From assembly GCA_964624875.1 (NCBI GenBank), contig CAZUZA010000001.1:50660-114659 (forward strand): a DNA stretch of 64,000 nucleotides, written 5' to 3'. The position numbers and the translations under genes were made by a program. Below the pieces are notes generated by a model. That model had not been told where the DNA came from. It searched no databases and saw only the letters and a list, made by a program, of their open reading frames with translations. Source of the DNA: an uncultured Carnobacteriaceae bacterium. Lineage in GTDB: Bacteria; Bacillota; Bacilli; Lactobacillales; Carnobacteriaceae_A. Of the stretch, positions 1 to 9,337 are shown piece by piece (within the stretch, counting starts at the first letter, position 1; each line of letters opens with the position of its first letter).

Positions 1-227
1 ATAAATTCTGATAATGTTGAATAAGGTTGACCACCAATTGATAATAAACGCTCTGCTACTTCATCTAATGATTCCGTTACTTCATCATATAGTTCTTCAA
101 ACTTTTCGTGTAATACAAAGAACCCATGTCCTTTTACGTACCAGTGGAATTGGTGTAATCGGATATATAGAACCCCTTCAGTTGCTACTAACTTATTTAG
201 AAAGTCTTTCACTTCTTGGTTTGCCAT
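1..227 (-). CDS. dps: Dps family DNA-protecting ferritin-like protein (5' part; runs off the window start)
   Basis: Not in the ORF track. Manual translation from the ATG at 227 (RBS AGGAGG upstream) gives MANQEVKDFLNKLVATEGVLYIRLHQFHWYVKGHGFFVLHEKFEELYDEVTESLDEVAERLLSIGGQP, with the Dps signatures HWYVKG..F..LH and D.VAER. Confidence 0.95.
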   Translation of the reverse strand, partial: MANQEVKDFLNKLVATEGVLYIRLHQFHWYVKGHGFFVLHEKFEELYDEVTESLDEVAERLLSIGGQPYSTLSEF

Positions 228-275
228 TTTTATTCCTCCTATTTAATTTGTGTACACATATACATTATCACTTAA

Positions 276-290
276 TTGGAATCATTACAA
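276..290 (-). promoter_or_regulatory. Candidate PerR (Per) box overlapping the dps promoter
   Basis: TTGTAATGATTCCAA on the minus strand matches TTATAATnATTATAA at 11 of 14 positions, about 50 nt upstream of dps, a classic PerR target. Confidence 0.5.
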
Positions 291-321
291 ATAATAACTA
301 TTTAAAATATTATTTTCACAA

Positions 322-969
322 TTAATGGATCTTCCCACCAACCATGACTAAATCTTCTTTATCATGAAAATCAACAATGGCTTTTAGACTAGCCGTTATA
401 CCTTTGACAATATTATCTAAAGAAATAGATGGCATATTTGTACGATGGATTACTTGTTCTGGAATAAATGGAATATGCATAAAACCTGATTTTATTTCTG
501 GAAAATCTTTATGACTCAAATACAATGTTTGGTACATAATATGGTTACAGACAAAGGTGCCTGCCGTATTTGATATGGACGATGGTACATTCTCTTTTCG
601 CATATATTCAACCATCGCTTTAATCGGTAATTGACTGAAATATGCAGCATCTCCATCTTCATGAATAGCTTGATCAATGGGTTGCTGACCATCATTATCC
701 GCAATTCGAGCATCATCTATATTAATCGCTACTCGCTCTGGAGTGAGCTCAGCTCTCCCTCCTGCTTGGCCAATATGAACGACATAATCTGGAGAATACT
801 GCTGAATCGCTTCTTTTACGATTTCAGCACTTTTATAATAAACAGTCGGAATTTCTAATTTAATAATTTCGACATCATCTATCTTATCGGGTAATAACTT
901 TACAGCTTCAATAGCTGGGTTAATGGTATCTGTTCCAAATGGATCAAAACCAGTTACTAATATTTTCAT
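322..969 (-). CDS. pcp: Pyroglutamyl-peptidase I (C15)
   Basis: [13 protein letters not shown]-terminus; triad motifs TPERVA (Glu), TFVCNH (Cys), GFMHIP (His). Confidence 0.96.
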   Translation of the reverse strand: MKILVTGFDPFGTDTINPAIEAVKLLPDKIDDVEIIKLEIPTVYYKSAEIVKEAIQQYSPDYVVHIGQAGGRAELTPERVAINIDDARIADNDGQQPIDQAIHEDGDAAYFSQLPIKAMVEYMRKENVPSSISNTAGTFVCNHIMYQTLYLSHKDFPEIKSGFMHIPFIPEQVIHRTNMPSISLDNIVKGITASLKAIVDFHDKEDLVMVGGKIH

Positions 970-999
970 CTTTTCCTCCTATATAGTCTTGTGCATCAT

Positions 1000-2022
1000 C
1001 TACGTTAACGCCTCGATATCTGCTACTAATTCCTCTATCATTTCATCCGAAGAGCTCCAACTTGTACAAATTCGCACAAGAATGTTGTTATTCGCTTCGA
1101 CCCCTTCATGTAACATCACATATTTTTCAGATAGTTTTTCATATTGATTATTCGTTAAAATTGGAAATAATTGGTTGGTCTGTACTTTATATTTAAATGG
1201 AATGCCTTTTTTATCAAATGCTTCTTTTAGCTTTCGTGCTTGACTAACAGCATGTTTAGATAACTCTAGATAAAAGTCATCTTCAAACAAGACTTCAAAT
1301 TGAATGCCTAATGCACGTCCCTTTGCTAGCAAAGCACCCTTTTGTTTGACTGTCGTTTGGATCCCTTTACGCAACTCTTTATTTCGTATAACCAACGCTT
1401 CACCAAAAAGTGCACCTATTTTAGTTCCACCGAAATAGAAAATATCACAAAGTTCAGTGATGTCTTTTAGGGACAAGTCATTATCCTCAGCGACTAAGCC
1501 ATAGCCTAAGCGAGCACCATCCATGAATAAAAGAAGATCAAACTCATTACAAACTTCTCTTAATGCGGTTAGTTCAGCTTTAGAATAGATCGTTCCCATT
1601 TCAGTCGGATTTGAAATATAAACCATACCGGGCTGGACATAATGAATCCCTGTGTCTGTAGCTAATGCTCTTACATCTTTCGCCGATAACTTGCCCTCAT
1701 TACCTGGTACTGTTAGTAATTGATGCCCAATCGCTTCGATAGCACCGGCTTCAAAATTATTAATGTGGCCCGTATCAGCTGAAATAACCCCATGGTAAAC
1801 TCTCAATGAATTTGCAATGGCGACAATATTTGCTTGTGTGCCACCAGTTAAAAAATGAATATCAATATCATCTGTTCCACAAGCTTTTTTCATCAAATCC
1901 TTCGCATGGTCAGAGAAGCGATCAAAGCCATATCCAGGCGTTTGTTCATCATTAGTTTCAAGCATTCTTTGTAAAATTTTGGTGTGTGCACCATTTATAT
2001 AATCGTTATCGATGTAATTCAT
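1000..2022 (-). CDS. ltaE: Low-specificity L-threonine aldolase (PLP-dependent)
   Basis: NDY..GAH, GGTQAN, MDGARL and FGGTK (PLP lysine) motifs. Confidence 0.88.
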   Translation of the reverse strand: MNYIDNDYINGAHTKILQRMLETNDEQTPGYGFDRFSDHAKDLMKKACGTDDIDIHFLTGGTQANIVAIANSLRVYHGVISADTGHINNFEAGAIEAIGHQLLTVPGNEGKLSAKDVRALATDTGIHYVQPGMVYISNPTEMGTIYSKAELTALREVCNEFDLLLFMDGARLGYGLVAEDNDLSLKDITELCDIFYFGGTKIGALFGEALVIRNKELRKGIQTTVKQKGALLAKGRALGIQFEVLFEDDFYLELSKHAVSQARKLKEAFDKKGIPFKYKVQTNQLFPILTNNQYEKLSEKYVMLHEGVEANNNILVRICTSWSSSDEMIEELVADIEALT

Positions 2023-2111
2023 TCTTTACCTCCTACATAGATTTAGAGTAAATTGTAACACGTTTTTATTCTCAAGAGATACCATTTTCAACTTCAAAAT
2101 TTGCCAAAATT

Positions 2112-2139
2112 AAAAGCATCCTATTATCAGAATGCTTTT
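2112..2139 (-). terminator. Intrinsic terminator after the metal-dependent hydrolase gene
   Basis: AAAAGCAT...ATGCTTTT inverted repeat directly downstream of the stop at 2148. Confidence 0.6.
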
Positions 2140-2147
2140 AAAGTTCT

Positions 2148-2837
2148 TTATAATGTTATTGTATCGCCTACATTTAGGACTTTTCCTACACCCGTATCTA
2201 ATAAAGAAACAAAGCGCTCAGGATCTTGTTTGATTAGTGGGAATGTATTGTAATGAATTGGTACGACTTGCTTCGCCTTTAACCATTTAGCGGCAATGGC
2301 TGCATCATCTGGTCCCATCGTGAAATTATCACCGATTGGAATAAAAGCTAAATCAATTATATTATGTTCACCTATTAATTGCATATCAGAATACAATGCT
2401 GTATCCCCTACATGATAAATTGTTTTCTCGTCTACAGTAACAAGAATGCCAGAAGCTAAACCTAATGTTGTTGGTGCTGCATCTTCTTCATTTATTTTTA
2501 TTGATGATCCATGAATGGCAGGAGTTAATTTCACTCGACCAAACGGAAAGTCATATGCTCCTCCTGGTTGCAACCCATGGGCATCTATTTCAAATGAAGA
2601 TAAATACTCCGCAATTTCTACTGTCGTAATAACTTTGGCTTTTGTCCGCTGGGCAATCTCTATCGTATCCCCTAAGTGGTCACTATGGGCATGTGTCACT
2701 AAAATATAATCGGGCTTAACTTCTTCAGCATTTAAATCACATTGTTCTTGTCCACTAATAAAAGGGTCAAATAACAATTTCGTCCCGTTTTCTGTCTGTA
2801 AAGAAACAACTGCATGTCCATGAAATGTTGCTTTCAT
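2148..2837 (-). CDS. Metallo-beta-lactamase-fold metal-dependent hydrolase (UPF0173/YtkL-like)
   Basis: HGHA, THAHSDH, YHVGDT, PIGDNFTMGP and PIHYNTF motifs. Confidence 0.9.
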   Translation of the reverse strand: MKATFHGHAVVSLQTENGTKLLFDPFISGQEQCDLNAEEVKPDYILVTHAHSDHLGDTIEIAQRTKAKVITTVEIAEYLSSFEIDAHGLQPGGAYDFPFGRVKLTPAIHGSSIKINEEDAAPTTLGLASGILVTVDEKTIYHVGDTALYSDMQLIGEHNIIDLAFIPIGDNFTMGPDDAAIAAKWLKAKQVVPIHYNTFPLIKQDPERFVSLLDTGVGKVLNVGDTITL

Positions 2838-2866
2838 AAATTAGCCTCCTATTTTATTGTCTAAAA

Positions 2867-3433
2867 TTAAATACGTCCACTAACAAATGCCCATAAAACA
2901 TTTAAGACACCTGCTAAAACCATCACAAAAATGGGATCTCTTTTATATTTTAAGAGTAAAATAATGGATAAAATAAAACAAAAAACAGCAAATAAATTGA
3001 TTCCTGTTAATGTTATCGCTGCTGACCCCCAAAATGCTGTTACCAGTAAATCTAATCCCGCTGTACCAATTAAGCCAATAACGATTGGCCGCATCGCTGA
3101 TAAGACATCCTGTAATATATCTAAACTTTGATATTTCATATACAACCAAGCAATAAATGTTACTAAAATAAAGGATGGTAAAATGTTCCCGATAGTTGCT
3201 ACTATAGCACCACCTGTTCCAGCAATTTGTAAGCCCACAAATGTTGCTGAGTTAATAGCAATTGGCCCTGGCGTCATTTGTGAAATTGTAATAAGATCCG
3301 TAAACTCCGTTATTGATAACCAACCATGATTTTCAACAATGATACTCTGAATTAAAGGGATCGCGGCATAGCCACCACCAAAACTAAGGGCGCCAATTTG
3401 TATGAATGACCAAAACAATTCTAAATAGATCAA
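2867..3433 (-). CDS. Short-chain chromate ion transporter (CHR family), second subunit
   Basis: SFGGGYA and SQMTPGP CHR motifs; hydrophobic 188 aa; overlaps the upstream paralog by 4 nt. Confidence 0.9.
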   Translation of the reverse strand: MIYLELFWSFIQIGALSFGGGYAAIPLIQSIIVENHGWLSITEFTDLITISQMTPGPIAINSATFVGLQIAGTGGAIVATIGNILPSFILVTFIAWLYMKYQSLDILQDVLSAMRPIVIGLIGTAGLDLLVTAFWGSAAITLTGINLFAVFCFILSIILLLKYKRDPIFVMVLAGVLNVLWAFVSGRI

Positions 3434-4005
3434 TTCTCCACACCCTCTCTAGTTGAAACTCGGTTGTAAATAATACCAATAATAATTCCAGATAAAATAA
3501 TAAGTACAATATTTACATTTAAAAAAGCATTCGCAATAAAGGCAACCACCATTGTTGTGATTAAAATCTTACTTTTACCACGAAGAACACCCCAAGCCAT
3601 TTCAAGCGCAACAGCAACAACTACTGCAGCAACTCCAGCTTGCATCCCCTCTAGCATTAAAGATATCCAAATATTCTCTCTAAACGCACTGTAAGACAGT
3701 GAGATTAATGAAATGATTGTCAATGGTGGAATGACTGTTCCTAAAACAGCTACTAGCACCCCAATCATACCTGCTAATCGAAACCCTACTACAATCGCTG
3801 CATTCACCGCTATCGGTCCGGGTGCAGATTGGGCAATCGCTGTGATGTTTAACATTTCTTTTTCTCGAATCCATTTGTATTCTTCAACAAACTTTTTTCG
3901 CATCAGTGTGATAATGACGTACCCACCACCAAACGTGAATGCGCTTAAATATAATGTTGATAAAAATAATTTCCATAATAACTTATAGTTCTTTTCTTCA
4001 GCCAA
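3430..4005 (-). CDS. Short-chain chromate ion transporter (CHR family), first subunit
   Basis: TFGGGY and AQSAPGPIAVN CHR motifs; TTG start with AGGAG RBS. Confidence 0.9.
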   Translation of the reverse strand: MAEEKNYKLLWKLFLSTLYLSAFTFGGGYVIITLMRKKFVEEYKWIREKEMLNITAIAQSAPGPIAVNAAIVVGFRLAGMIGVLVAVLGTVIPPLTIISLISLSYSAFRENIWISLMLEGMQAGVAAVVVAVALEMAWGVLRGKSKILITTMVVAFIANAFLNVNIVLIILSGIIIGIIYNRVSTREGVEN

Positions 4006-4075
4006 TATTTACAGCTCCTTCTCAAACTACTAGTTTTATCTTACTAAATATTTATACATAATACGAATAAAAACG

Positions 4076-4103
4076 AAAAAAGACCTCAAAAGAAGTCTTT
4101 TTT
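4076..4103 (-). terminator. Intrinsic terminator
   Basis: AAAAAAGAC...GTCTTTTTT hairpin after the stop at 4113. Confidence 0.55.
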
Positions 4104-4112
4104 CTTGAATAC

Positions 4113-4754
4113 TTATTTAATAATATTCCATTTACGGAATAGTTTTTCGATGATAGGCATGTAAACGGATAATAATGGGCCAAATGTTAGTGCCGATACA
4201 ATGGTTCCTTCTCGAATTGTAAAAGTAAAGCTGTAAGCAAGAGTTATTACAATTGATGCTACTAAAAATAAAATATCCGCAAATTGTCTAATCTGACCAA
4301 ATGAAAATTTTGTTCTCTCTGAGACAACCATCGAAAAGCTTTCTATTGGCATTGTTACTAAATCTAATACCATAACGGATCCAATGAAGAACGGTGTCCA
4401 TACAGCAGCAAAAGCTAATAACATGGCATTTAATAGATAACTATCAACGACTAAATTACCAAATACATTGTAGACGAAAAAGTTTACAAATTGACCAAGC
4501 AAAGCGCCGACGAATACTTGTAATAATATCGTCCATTTAGTTTCTTTTCTTAAAATCAATACTTGAAAAACGACAAAGAATATTTGGAGATAGGTTACGA
4601 CATCCCCTACTTTTATTTCAAATAAGTAAGCAAGAGTTTGGTTTAAAGCATCAAACGGTGCTAAACCAATCGCTGCTTTAATTTGCAACCCGATTCCAAA
4701 GGCCGCAAGCAATAAAGATAAAACTAGAACAACAAATTTTCGAGTGGTAGACAT
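4113..4754 (-). CDS. YczE/YyaS/YitT-like integral membrane protein
   Basis: Multiple TM segments, G.APFDAL..TL motif and C-terminal EGTIVSALTFG motif. Confidence 0.75.
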   Translation of the reverse strand: MSTTRKFVVLVLSLLLAAFGIGLQIKAAIGLAPFDALNQTLAYLFEIKVGDVVTYLQIFFVVFQVLILRKETKWTILLQVFVGALLGQFVNFFVYNVFGNLVVDSYLLNAMLLAFAAVWTPFFIGSVMVLDLVTMPIESFSMVVSERTKFSFGQIRQFADILFLVASIVITLAYSFTFTIREGTIVSALTFGPLLSVYMPIIEKLFRKWNIIK

Positions 4755-4835
4755 TTATTTTCTCCTTTTAATTATATTGCGAATAATACTGTTAAAACTT
4801 ATACACGGATACCGTGCAATAGTCTATTCGTGTTT

Positions 4836-5459
4836 TTATTCTGGGTAATATCTGTAAACGACAAAACATTCACGATTATTTAAAAAATATTTTTTATTCT
4901 TTATTTTTTGTAATTTCATAAATGGTGTTTTTTTATCTAAAAAATATTCATAGGAAATATTTGGATAGTATAAGATAATATCAACCACTCGAGGATTTTC
5001 TTTTAATGATTTTTCAATTCTCCGAACGACTTTTTCAAAGATAGATACAGTGAATGGGTTAAAAAAATAAAAAATATCATCTGTCTCTTTTATTACATAG
5101 TCTTCAGCTTTCACTTCTTGAACAGAAACTTTTTCACCTTTTGCTGGAAACTTCTCTTTATAAGCCATTAAATTTTGTACTAAATGGGAGTACGCGACTT
5201 GATTCACTTCAATACCCGTCGTTGGTATATCTTTTTGATGATTCAAATAGAAAATTATACGTCCTTTACCACTACCAAAGTCTACTAACTGACTATTTTC
5301 ACGCCAGTCATATTCTTCGATAAATCGATTTAAATCGGCATATGAAGAAGACTCGGTACGGAAATAGTCTAAGTTCACACCTCGCGGCCATTCAATTAAG
5401 CCTGTTGTAGTAATATTTAATTCTTTATCAAAGCCTTTATCCACTTTATTTTCATACAT
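4836..5459 (-). CDS. Class I SAM-dependent methyltransferase, substrate unknown
   Basis: Motif I VDFGSGKGR, acidic GIEVN and FYFFNPF motif. Confidence 0.85.
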   Translation of the reverse strand: MYENKVDKGFDKELNITTTGLIEWPRGVNLDYFRTESSSYADLNRFIEEYDWRENSQLVDFGSGKGRIIFYLNHQKDIPTTGIEVNQVAYSHLVQNLMAYKEKFPAKGEKVSVQEVKAEDYVIKETDDIFYFFNPFTVSIFEKVVRRIEKSLKENPRVVDIILYYPNISYEYFLDKKTPFMKLQKIKNKKYFLNNRECFVVYRYYPE

Positions 5460-5643
5460 CTATATTGCTCCTTTATTATATTCACCATTCATTCTACTAA
5501 AAATCCCACAAGAAAGATATGCCGTATGAAAATCTTCTAATCACTATCTTTTATTCTATGACGAACTTTTCTAGCCTAACATATGAGGTTTTGCTATACT
5601 ATTATCAATTGATTTTTAATCATTTCAAAAAAGGAGAATGTAA

Positions 5644-7083
5644 ATGAACGTTACTACGGGCAATAAATATCCGGTTAATGTGTATTTTATCCCAGCAGAA
5701 GGGAATTTAGATGTGTTACCAGCCGAGGTTGCTGAATATTATCAAGAAGATCGTGGTTATAAAGGAAAATTAAGCGAAGCGATCGTTCAAGCTGGTCCGA
5801 ATACAGTCAACACGCTTGTTATCGGCCTTGGTGATGAAGCTAAATTGACGCGTGATCGTTTTGTGCAAGCTGCGAATAAAGCTGCGAAATTATTAGAAGA
5901 ACATAAAATTAAACAAGCGACATTCAATGTTGACCCAAGTGAGCCAGTTGATGCTGCTCTCGCTCTTCAAGGCGTGGTTGAGGGTGTTTTACAAGCTACA
6001 TATGTTTTTGAAGACTATAAGTCAGAAAAATCAACGCAGGCCTTAGCAGATGTAAGTTTCAATTCTACGTTAGAAGACGTTGAAGCAGTTGTCCAAGAGA
6101 TGGTAACAGTCATTGAGGGCATTAATCTTTCACGTGAATTAACAAATACACCAGCAAATGATCTTTATCCTGAAAGTTTTGCAAACAAGGTAGAAGATGT
6201 TTTTAAAGATTCTCCTGTTGAAATCGAAGTTTTTGATAAAGCTGCATTAGAAGAATTAGGCGCTCATGCTCTACTAGCTGTTTCTAAAGCCTCGGAAAAA
6301 GAACCTCGAATTATTATTGTAAAATATTTACCATTAGGTGAAGATGAACCTGTCATTTCATTAGTTGGTAAAGGTGTAACGTATGATAGTGGTGGTTATG
6401 CGATTAAGAATGCGAGAGGCATGGCTTCAATGAAGACAGATATGGCTGGGGCTGCTTCTGTTATTGGAACAATTAAAGCATTAGCCGATAACAACGTACA
6501 ACAAAACGTTATCGCAATTGTTGGGGCTACTGAAAACTTAATTTCAGGCGATGCTTTGAAAAACGGTGACATTATCAATTCTCTGAAAGGGACAACAATT
6601 GAAGTCCTAAATACGGATGCTGAAGGTCGTTTAGTCCTTGCTGATATCCTTTACTATGCAGCGACAAAATTCAATTCCAAATCGATGATTAACGTTGCTA
6701 CGTTAACTGGTGGTGTCGTTGCAGCACTTGGTACAAATATGACTGGTGCCTTTACGAATAATGACGCGTTATTAAAAGATGTACTCGCTGCATCTGAAAC
6801 TGTCGGTGAAGACATGTGGCAATTACCAATTACAGAAGAATTTAGAAATAAATTAAAAGATGGCAATGCTGATTTAGTGAATCACTTAATTAATGGCTCT
6901 GGTGCAAGTGCGATTACTGCAGCTGCATTCTTAGAATACTTTGTGGAAGATACTCCATGGGTTCATTTAGATATTGCTGGTACTGCATCTGCAGGCGCAA
7001 AAGGCAACAAATACTTACCAAAAGGTGCTTCTGGTATTCCAGTTAAAACAATGTACGAATATATTAAAAATACGGTTAAATAA
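5644..7083 (+). CDS. pepA: Leucyl aminopeptidase (M17)
   Basis: VGKGVTYDSGG, MKTDMAGAA, NTDAEGRL and WVHLDIAGT motifs. Confidence 0.95.
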   Translation: MNVTTGNKYPVNVYFIPAEGNLDVLPAEVAEYYQEDRGYKGKLSEAIVQAGPNTVNTLVIGLGDEAKLTRDRFVQAANKAAKLLEEHKIKQATFNVDPSEPVDAALALQGVVEGVLQATYVFEDYKSEKSTQALADVSFNSTLEDVEAVVQEMVTVIEGINLSRELTNTPANDLYPESFANKVEDVFKDSPVEIEVFDKAALEELGAHALLAVSKASEKEPRIIIVKYLPLGEDEPVISLVGKGVTYDSGGYAIKNARGMASMKTDMAGAASVIGTIKALADNNVQQNVIAIVGATENLISGDALKNGDIINSLKGTTIEVLNTDAEGRLVLADILYYAATKFNSKSMINVATLTGGVVAALGTNMTGAFTNNDALLKDVLAASETVGEDMWQLPITEEFRNKLKDGNADLVNHLINGSGASAITAAAFLEYFVEDTPWVHLDIAGTASAGAKGNKYLPKGASGIPVKTMYEYIKNTVK

Positions 7084-7088
7084 AACAC

Positions 7089-7136
7089 AAAAAGCTTCAA
7101 GTGGGAATCATTATACAGCCCATTTGAAGCTTTTTT
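7089..7136. terminator. Bidirectional intrinsic terminator between pepA and the amylase gene
   Basis: AAAAGCTTCAAGTGGG...CCCATTTGAAGCTTTT inverted repeat between convergent genes. Confidence 0.85.
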
Positions 7137-7144
7137 ATTTTGTA

Positions 7145-8593
7145 TTATGTTTTTTCAACCCAGCATGTTAATGTTCCAGCGCCAACTTGAAATTCGCCAA
7201 ATCCTTCGTCGTCAATTTCGATTTCATTGTCATTATCCCCTGTGATTTCAACATACGTTTTTCCTGCTTGGTCTTCCCCAACGTTCATTCTCAGACTATT
7301 CATATCTCCAGTTGAAATTAATACCGCTAAACTACCAGGATGTTTTTCGTTTCCATGGCGCGTCCAGCCAATTAAATCTTTTTCAGCAAAATAATCCATT
7401 TGTTTTCCATAGGCATATTTTTTACGAATTTCCATTAATGTATCGATTGTATCTTTTTGTCCTTCTACCGGATTATCACCTTGAATCCCGTAGTAGTCGC
7501 CATAAAATACACACGGGAAGCCATCTTGGCGTAGTAAAATTAGGCCATACGCTATTTTCTTAAACCAAGGTTGGACAAATGATTCTAACGATTGTCCTGG
7601 TTGGCTATCGTGGTTATCAACAAACGTAACAGCATTCCATGGCATTTCCTGTACTAATGTATCGTCGAAAATTTTACGCATATCGTAGTTTTCTGCATCT
7701 TTAGACGCTGCTTCCAAATTAAAATGCAAAGCAACATCGAATAAATCCGTATGGTATTTCGTCTCATAGAGATAGCTCTTTTTCTCTTCTTTATCCATTA
7801 GCCAGTATTCTCCAAAGAAATATAATTCTTTTTCAGATACCTCTTCTAAATGTTTTAAGAAGGCTTCTATAAAGCTATCTTCAATATGCTTTAACGCATC
7901 TAAACGAATGCCATCAATATCAATATGGTTGATAAACCACTCGCCCCAATACAGTAATTCATTATGTACATCTGGATGCTTATGGTCAATATCAGCAAAC
8001 ATTAGGTAGTCATAATTCCCTTTTTCATTAGAAACACCGTCACTCCAGTGCTTATTTTCACCGACTATGCGAAATATACCATCCGTACCACTCTTCTGAT
8101 CAAAATCAATTCCTGTGAAATGATTGAAGTTCCATTCAAAATCAGAGTATTTTCCTTGTCGACCTGGAAAGTTAAAACCTGTCCAACCTTCAATATCATG
8201 TGGTTCCGAGATATCTTTAGAGCGATTATTTTCATCAACTTGTACAGCTTTAAATTCTTCCGAAAAATCCGCGCCACCCTTATGATTTAAGACAACATCC
8301 GCGTAAACAAGTATGTCATTTTCATGTAGAACATCGATACATTCCCGTAATTGTTCAATGGTACCGTATTTTGTTCGAACATCACCCTTTTGATCAAATT
8401 CACCTAAGTCAAATAAATCATAAACACCGTAGCCATTATCTCCCGTTTGTGTTGCTTTAAAAACAGGAGGTAACCACACAGCATCTATCCCTTTTTCTTT
8501 TAGTTCAGGCGCTTTTTCTTTTAAGTCATTGTAATAATTTCCATCATTTGGTAAATACCACTCAAATGCTTGCATCATGATATTATTTGCCAT
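7145..8593 (-). CDS. amyA: Cytoplasmic alpha-amylase (GH13)
   Basis: MQAFEWY, GYGVYDLFDLGEFDQKG, DVVLNHK; catalytic RLDALKH, GEYW and FVDNHDSQPG; no signal peptide. Confidence 0.93.
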   Translation of the reverse strand: MANNIMMQAFEWYLPNDGNYYNDLKEKAPELKEKGIDAVWLPPVFKATQTGDNGYGVYDLFDLGEFDQKGDVRTKYGTIEQLRECIDVLHENDILVYADVVLNHKGGADFSEEFKAVQVDENNRSKDISEPHDIEGWTGFNFPGRQGKYSDFEWNFNHFTGIDFDQKSGTDGIFRIVGENKHWSDGVSNEKGNYDYLMFADIDHKHPDVHNELLYWGEWFINHIDIDGIRLDALKHIEDSFIEAFLKHLEEVSEKELYFFGEYWLMDKEEKKSYLYETKYHTDLFDVALHFNLEAASKDAENYDMRKIFDDTLVQEMPWNAVTFVDNHDSQPGQSLESFVQPWFKKIAYGLILLRQDGFPCVFYGDYYGIQGDNPVEGQKDTIDTLMEIRKKYAYGKQMDYFAEKDLIGWTRHGNEKHPGSLAVLISTGDMNSLRMNVGEDQAGKTYVEITGDNDNEIEIDDEGFGEFQVGAGTLTCWVEKT

Positions 8594-8769
8594 CTTTCCA
8601 TCCTCCTATAATTCAATTTATCTTCTTTATTATATCATTTATTTTTTCATACTCGCTATGATACACTTTTTCATGAATGGTCCATAGTAAAGTCACTTCA
8701 AGCAAATCATTTGAAATCTACGTTTTCTATTGATAAGTTGGAATAGTAAAAAGATATTCGAGGAGGAAT

Positions 8770-9288
8770 ATGAACATGGCAAAAGTAGCGACAGTTATGA
8801 CAGATTTATTTGAAGACGTCGAATTTACTTCACCCAAGGAAGCTTTAGAAGCAGCAGGACATGAAGTTGTCGTGATCGGTTTTGAAAAAGGACAAGAGGT
8901 TACTGGTAAAAAAGAAGAAGTAATGGTTACAGTCGATATCGGCATTGACGACGCGAAGCCTGAAGATTATGATGCACTATTGATTCCCGGAGGGTTTTCA
9001 CCTGATAAATTAAGAGGAGACGAAAGGTTCCTAGACTTTACTCGATATTTCGATAAAGAACGTAAACCAATTTTCTCAATCTGTCACGGTCCACAATTAC
9101 TAGTAAACGCAGATGTATTACGTGGAAAAGATGCCACAGCAGTGAAACAAGTTGCAGTGGATGTTACAAATGCTGGTGGAAACTTTATTGACCAAGCAGT
9201 TGTAATTGATGAATCTGGTTTAGTTTCTTCACGTACACCCGACGATCTACCACAATTTAACGAAGCAATCGTGAATGCTTTAAAATAA
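8770..9288 (+). CDS. PfpI/DJ-1 family protein (YhbO-like glyoxalase/protease)
   Basis: FEDVE, IPGGFSPDKLR, nucleophile ICHGP and SRTPDDL motifs; the start may be 8776. Confidence 0.92.
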   Translation: MNMAKVATVMTDLFEDVEFTSPKEALEAAGHEVVVIGFEKGQEVTGKKEEVMVTVDIGIDDAKPEDYDALLIPGGFSPDKLRGDERFLDFTRYFDKERKPIFSICHGPQLLVNADVLRGKDATAVKQVAVDVTNAGGNFIDQAVVIDESGLVSSRTPDDLPQFNEAIVNALK

Positions 9289-9297
9289 TTTAAATCT

Positions 9298-9330
9298 AAA
9301 AGCCCTTGAGCGTTCTGCTCAGGGGCTTTT
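9298..9330. terminator. Bidirectional intrinsic terminator
   Basis: AAAAGCCCTTGAGC-loop-GCTCAGGGGCTTTT between the convergent pfpI-like gene and nadC. Confidence 0.85.
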
Positions 9331-9337
9331 CGTCTGT

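Noticed and set aside
14-325. 103-aa plus-strand ORF
   Set aside because: Antisense shadow of dps and its promoter; no RBS or protein-like features.
8594-8769. CcpA cre site upstream of the amylase gene
   Set aside because: No convincing TGWAANCGNTNWCA match; the candidates lack the correctly spaced central CG.
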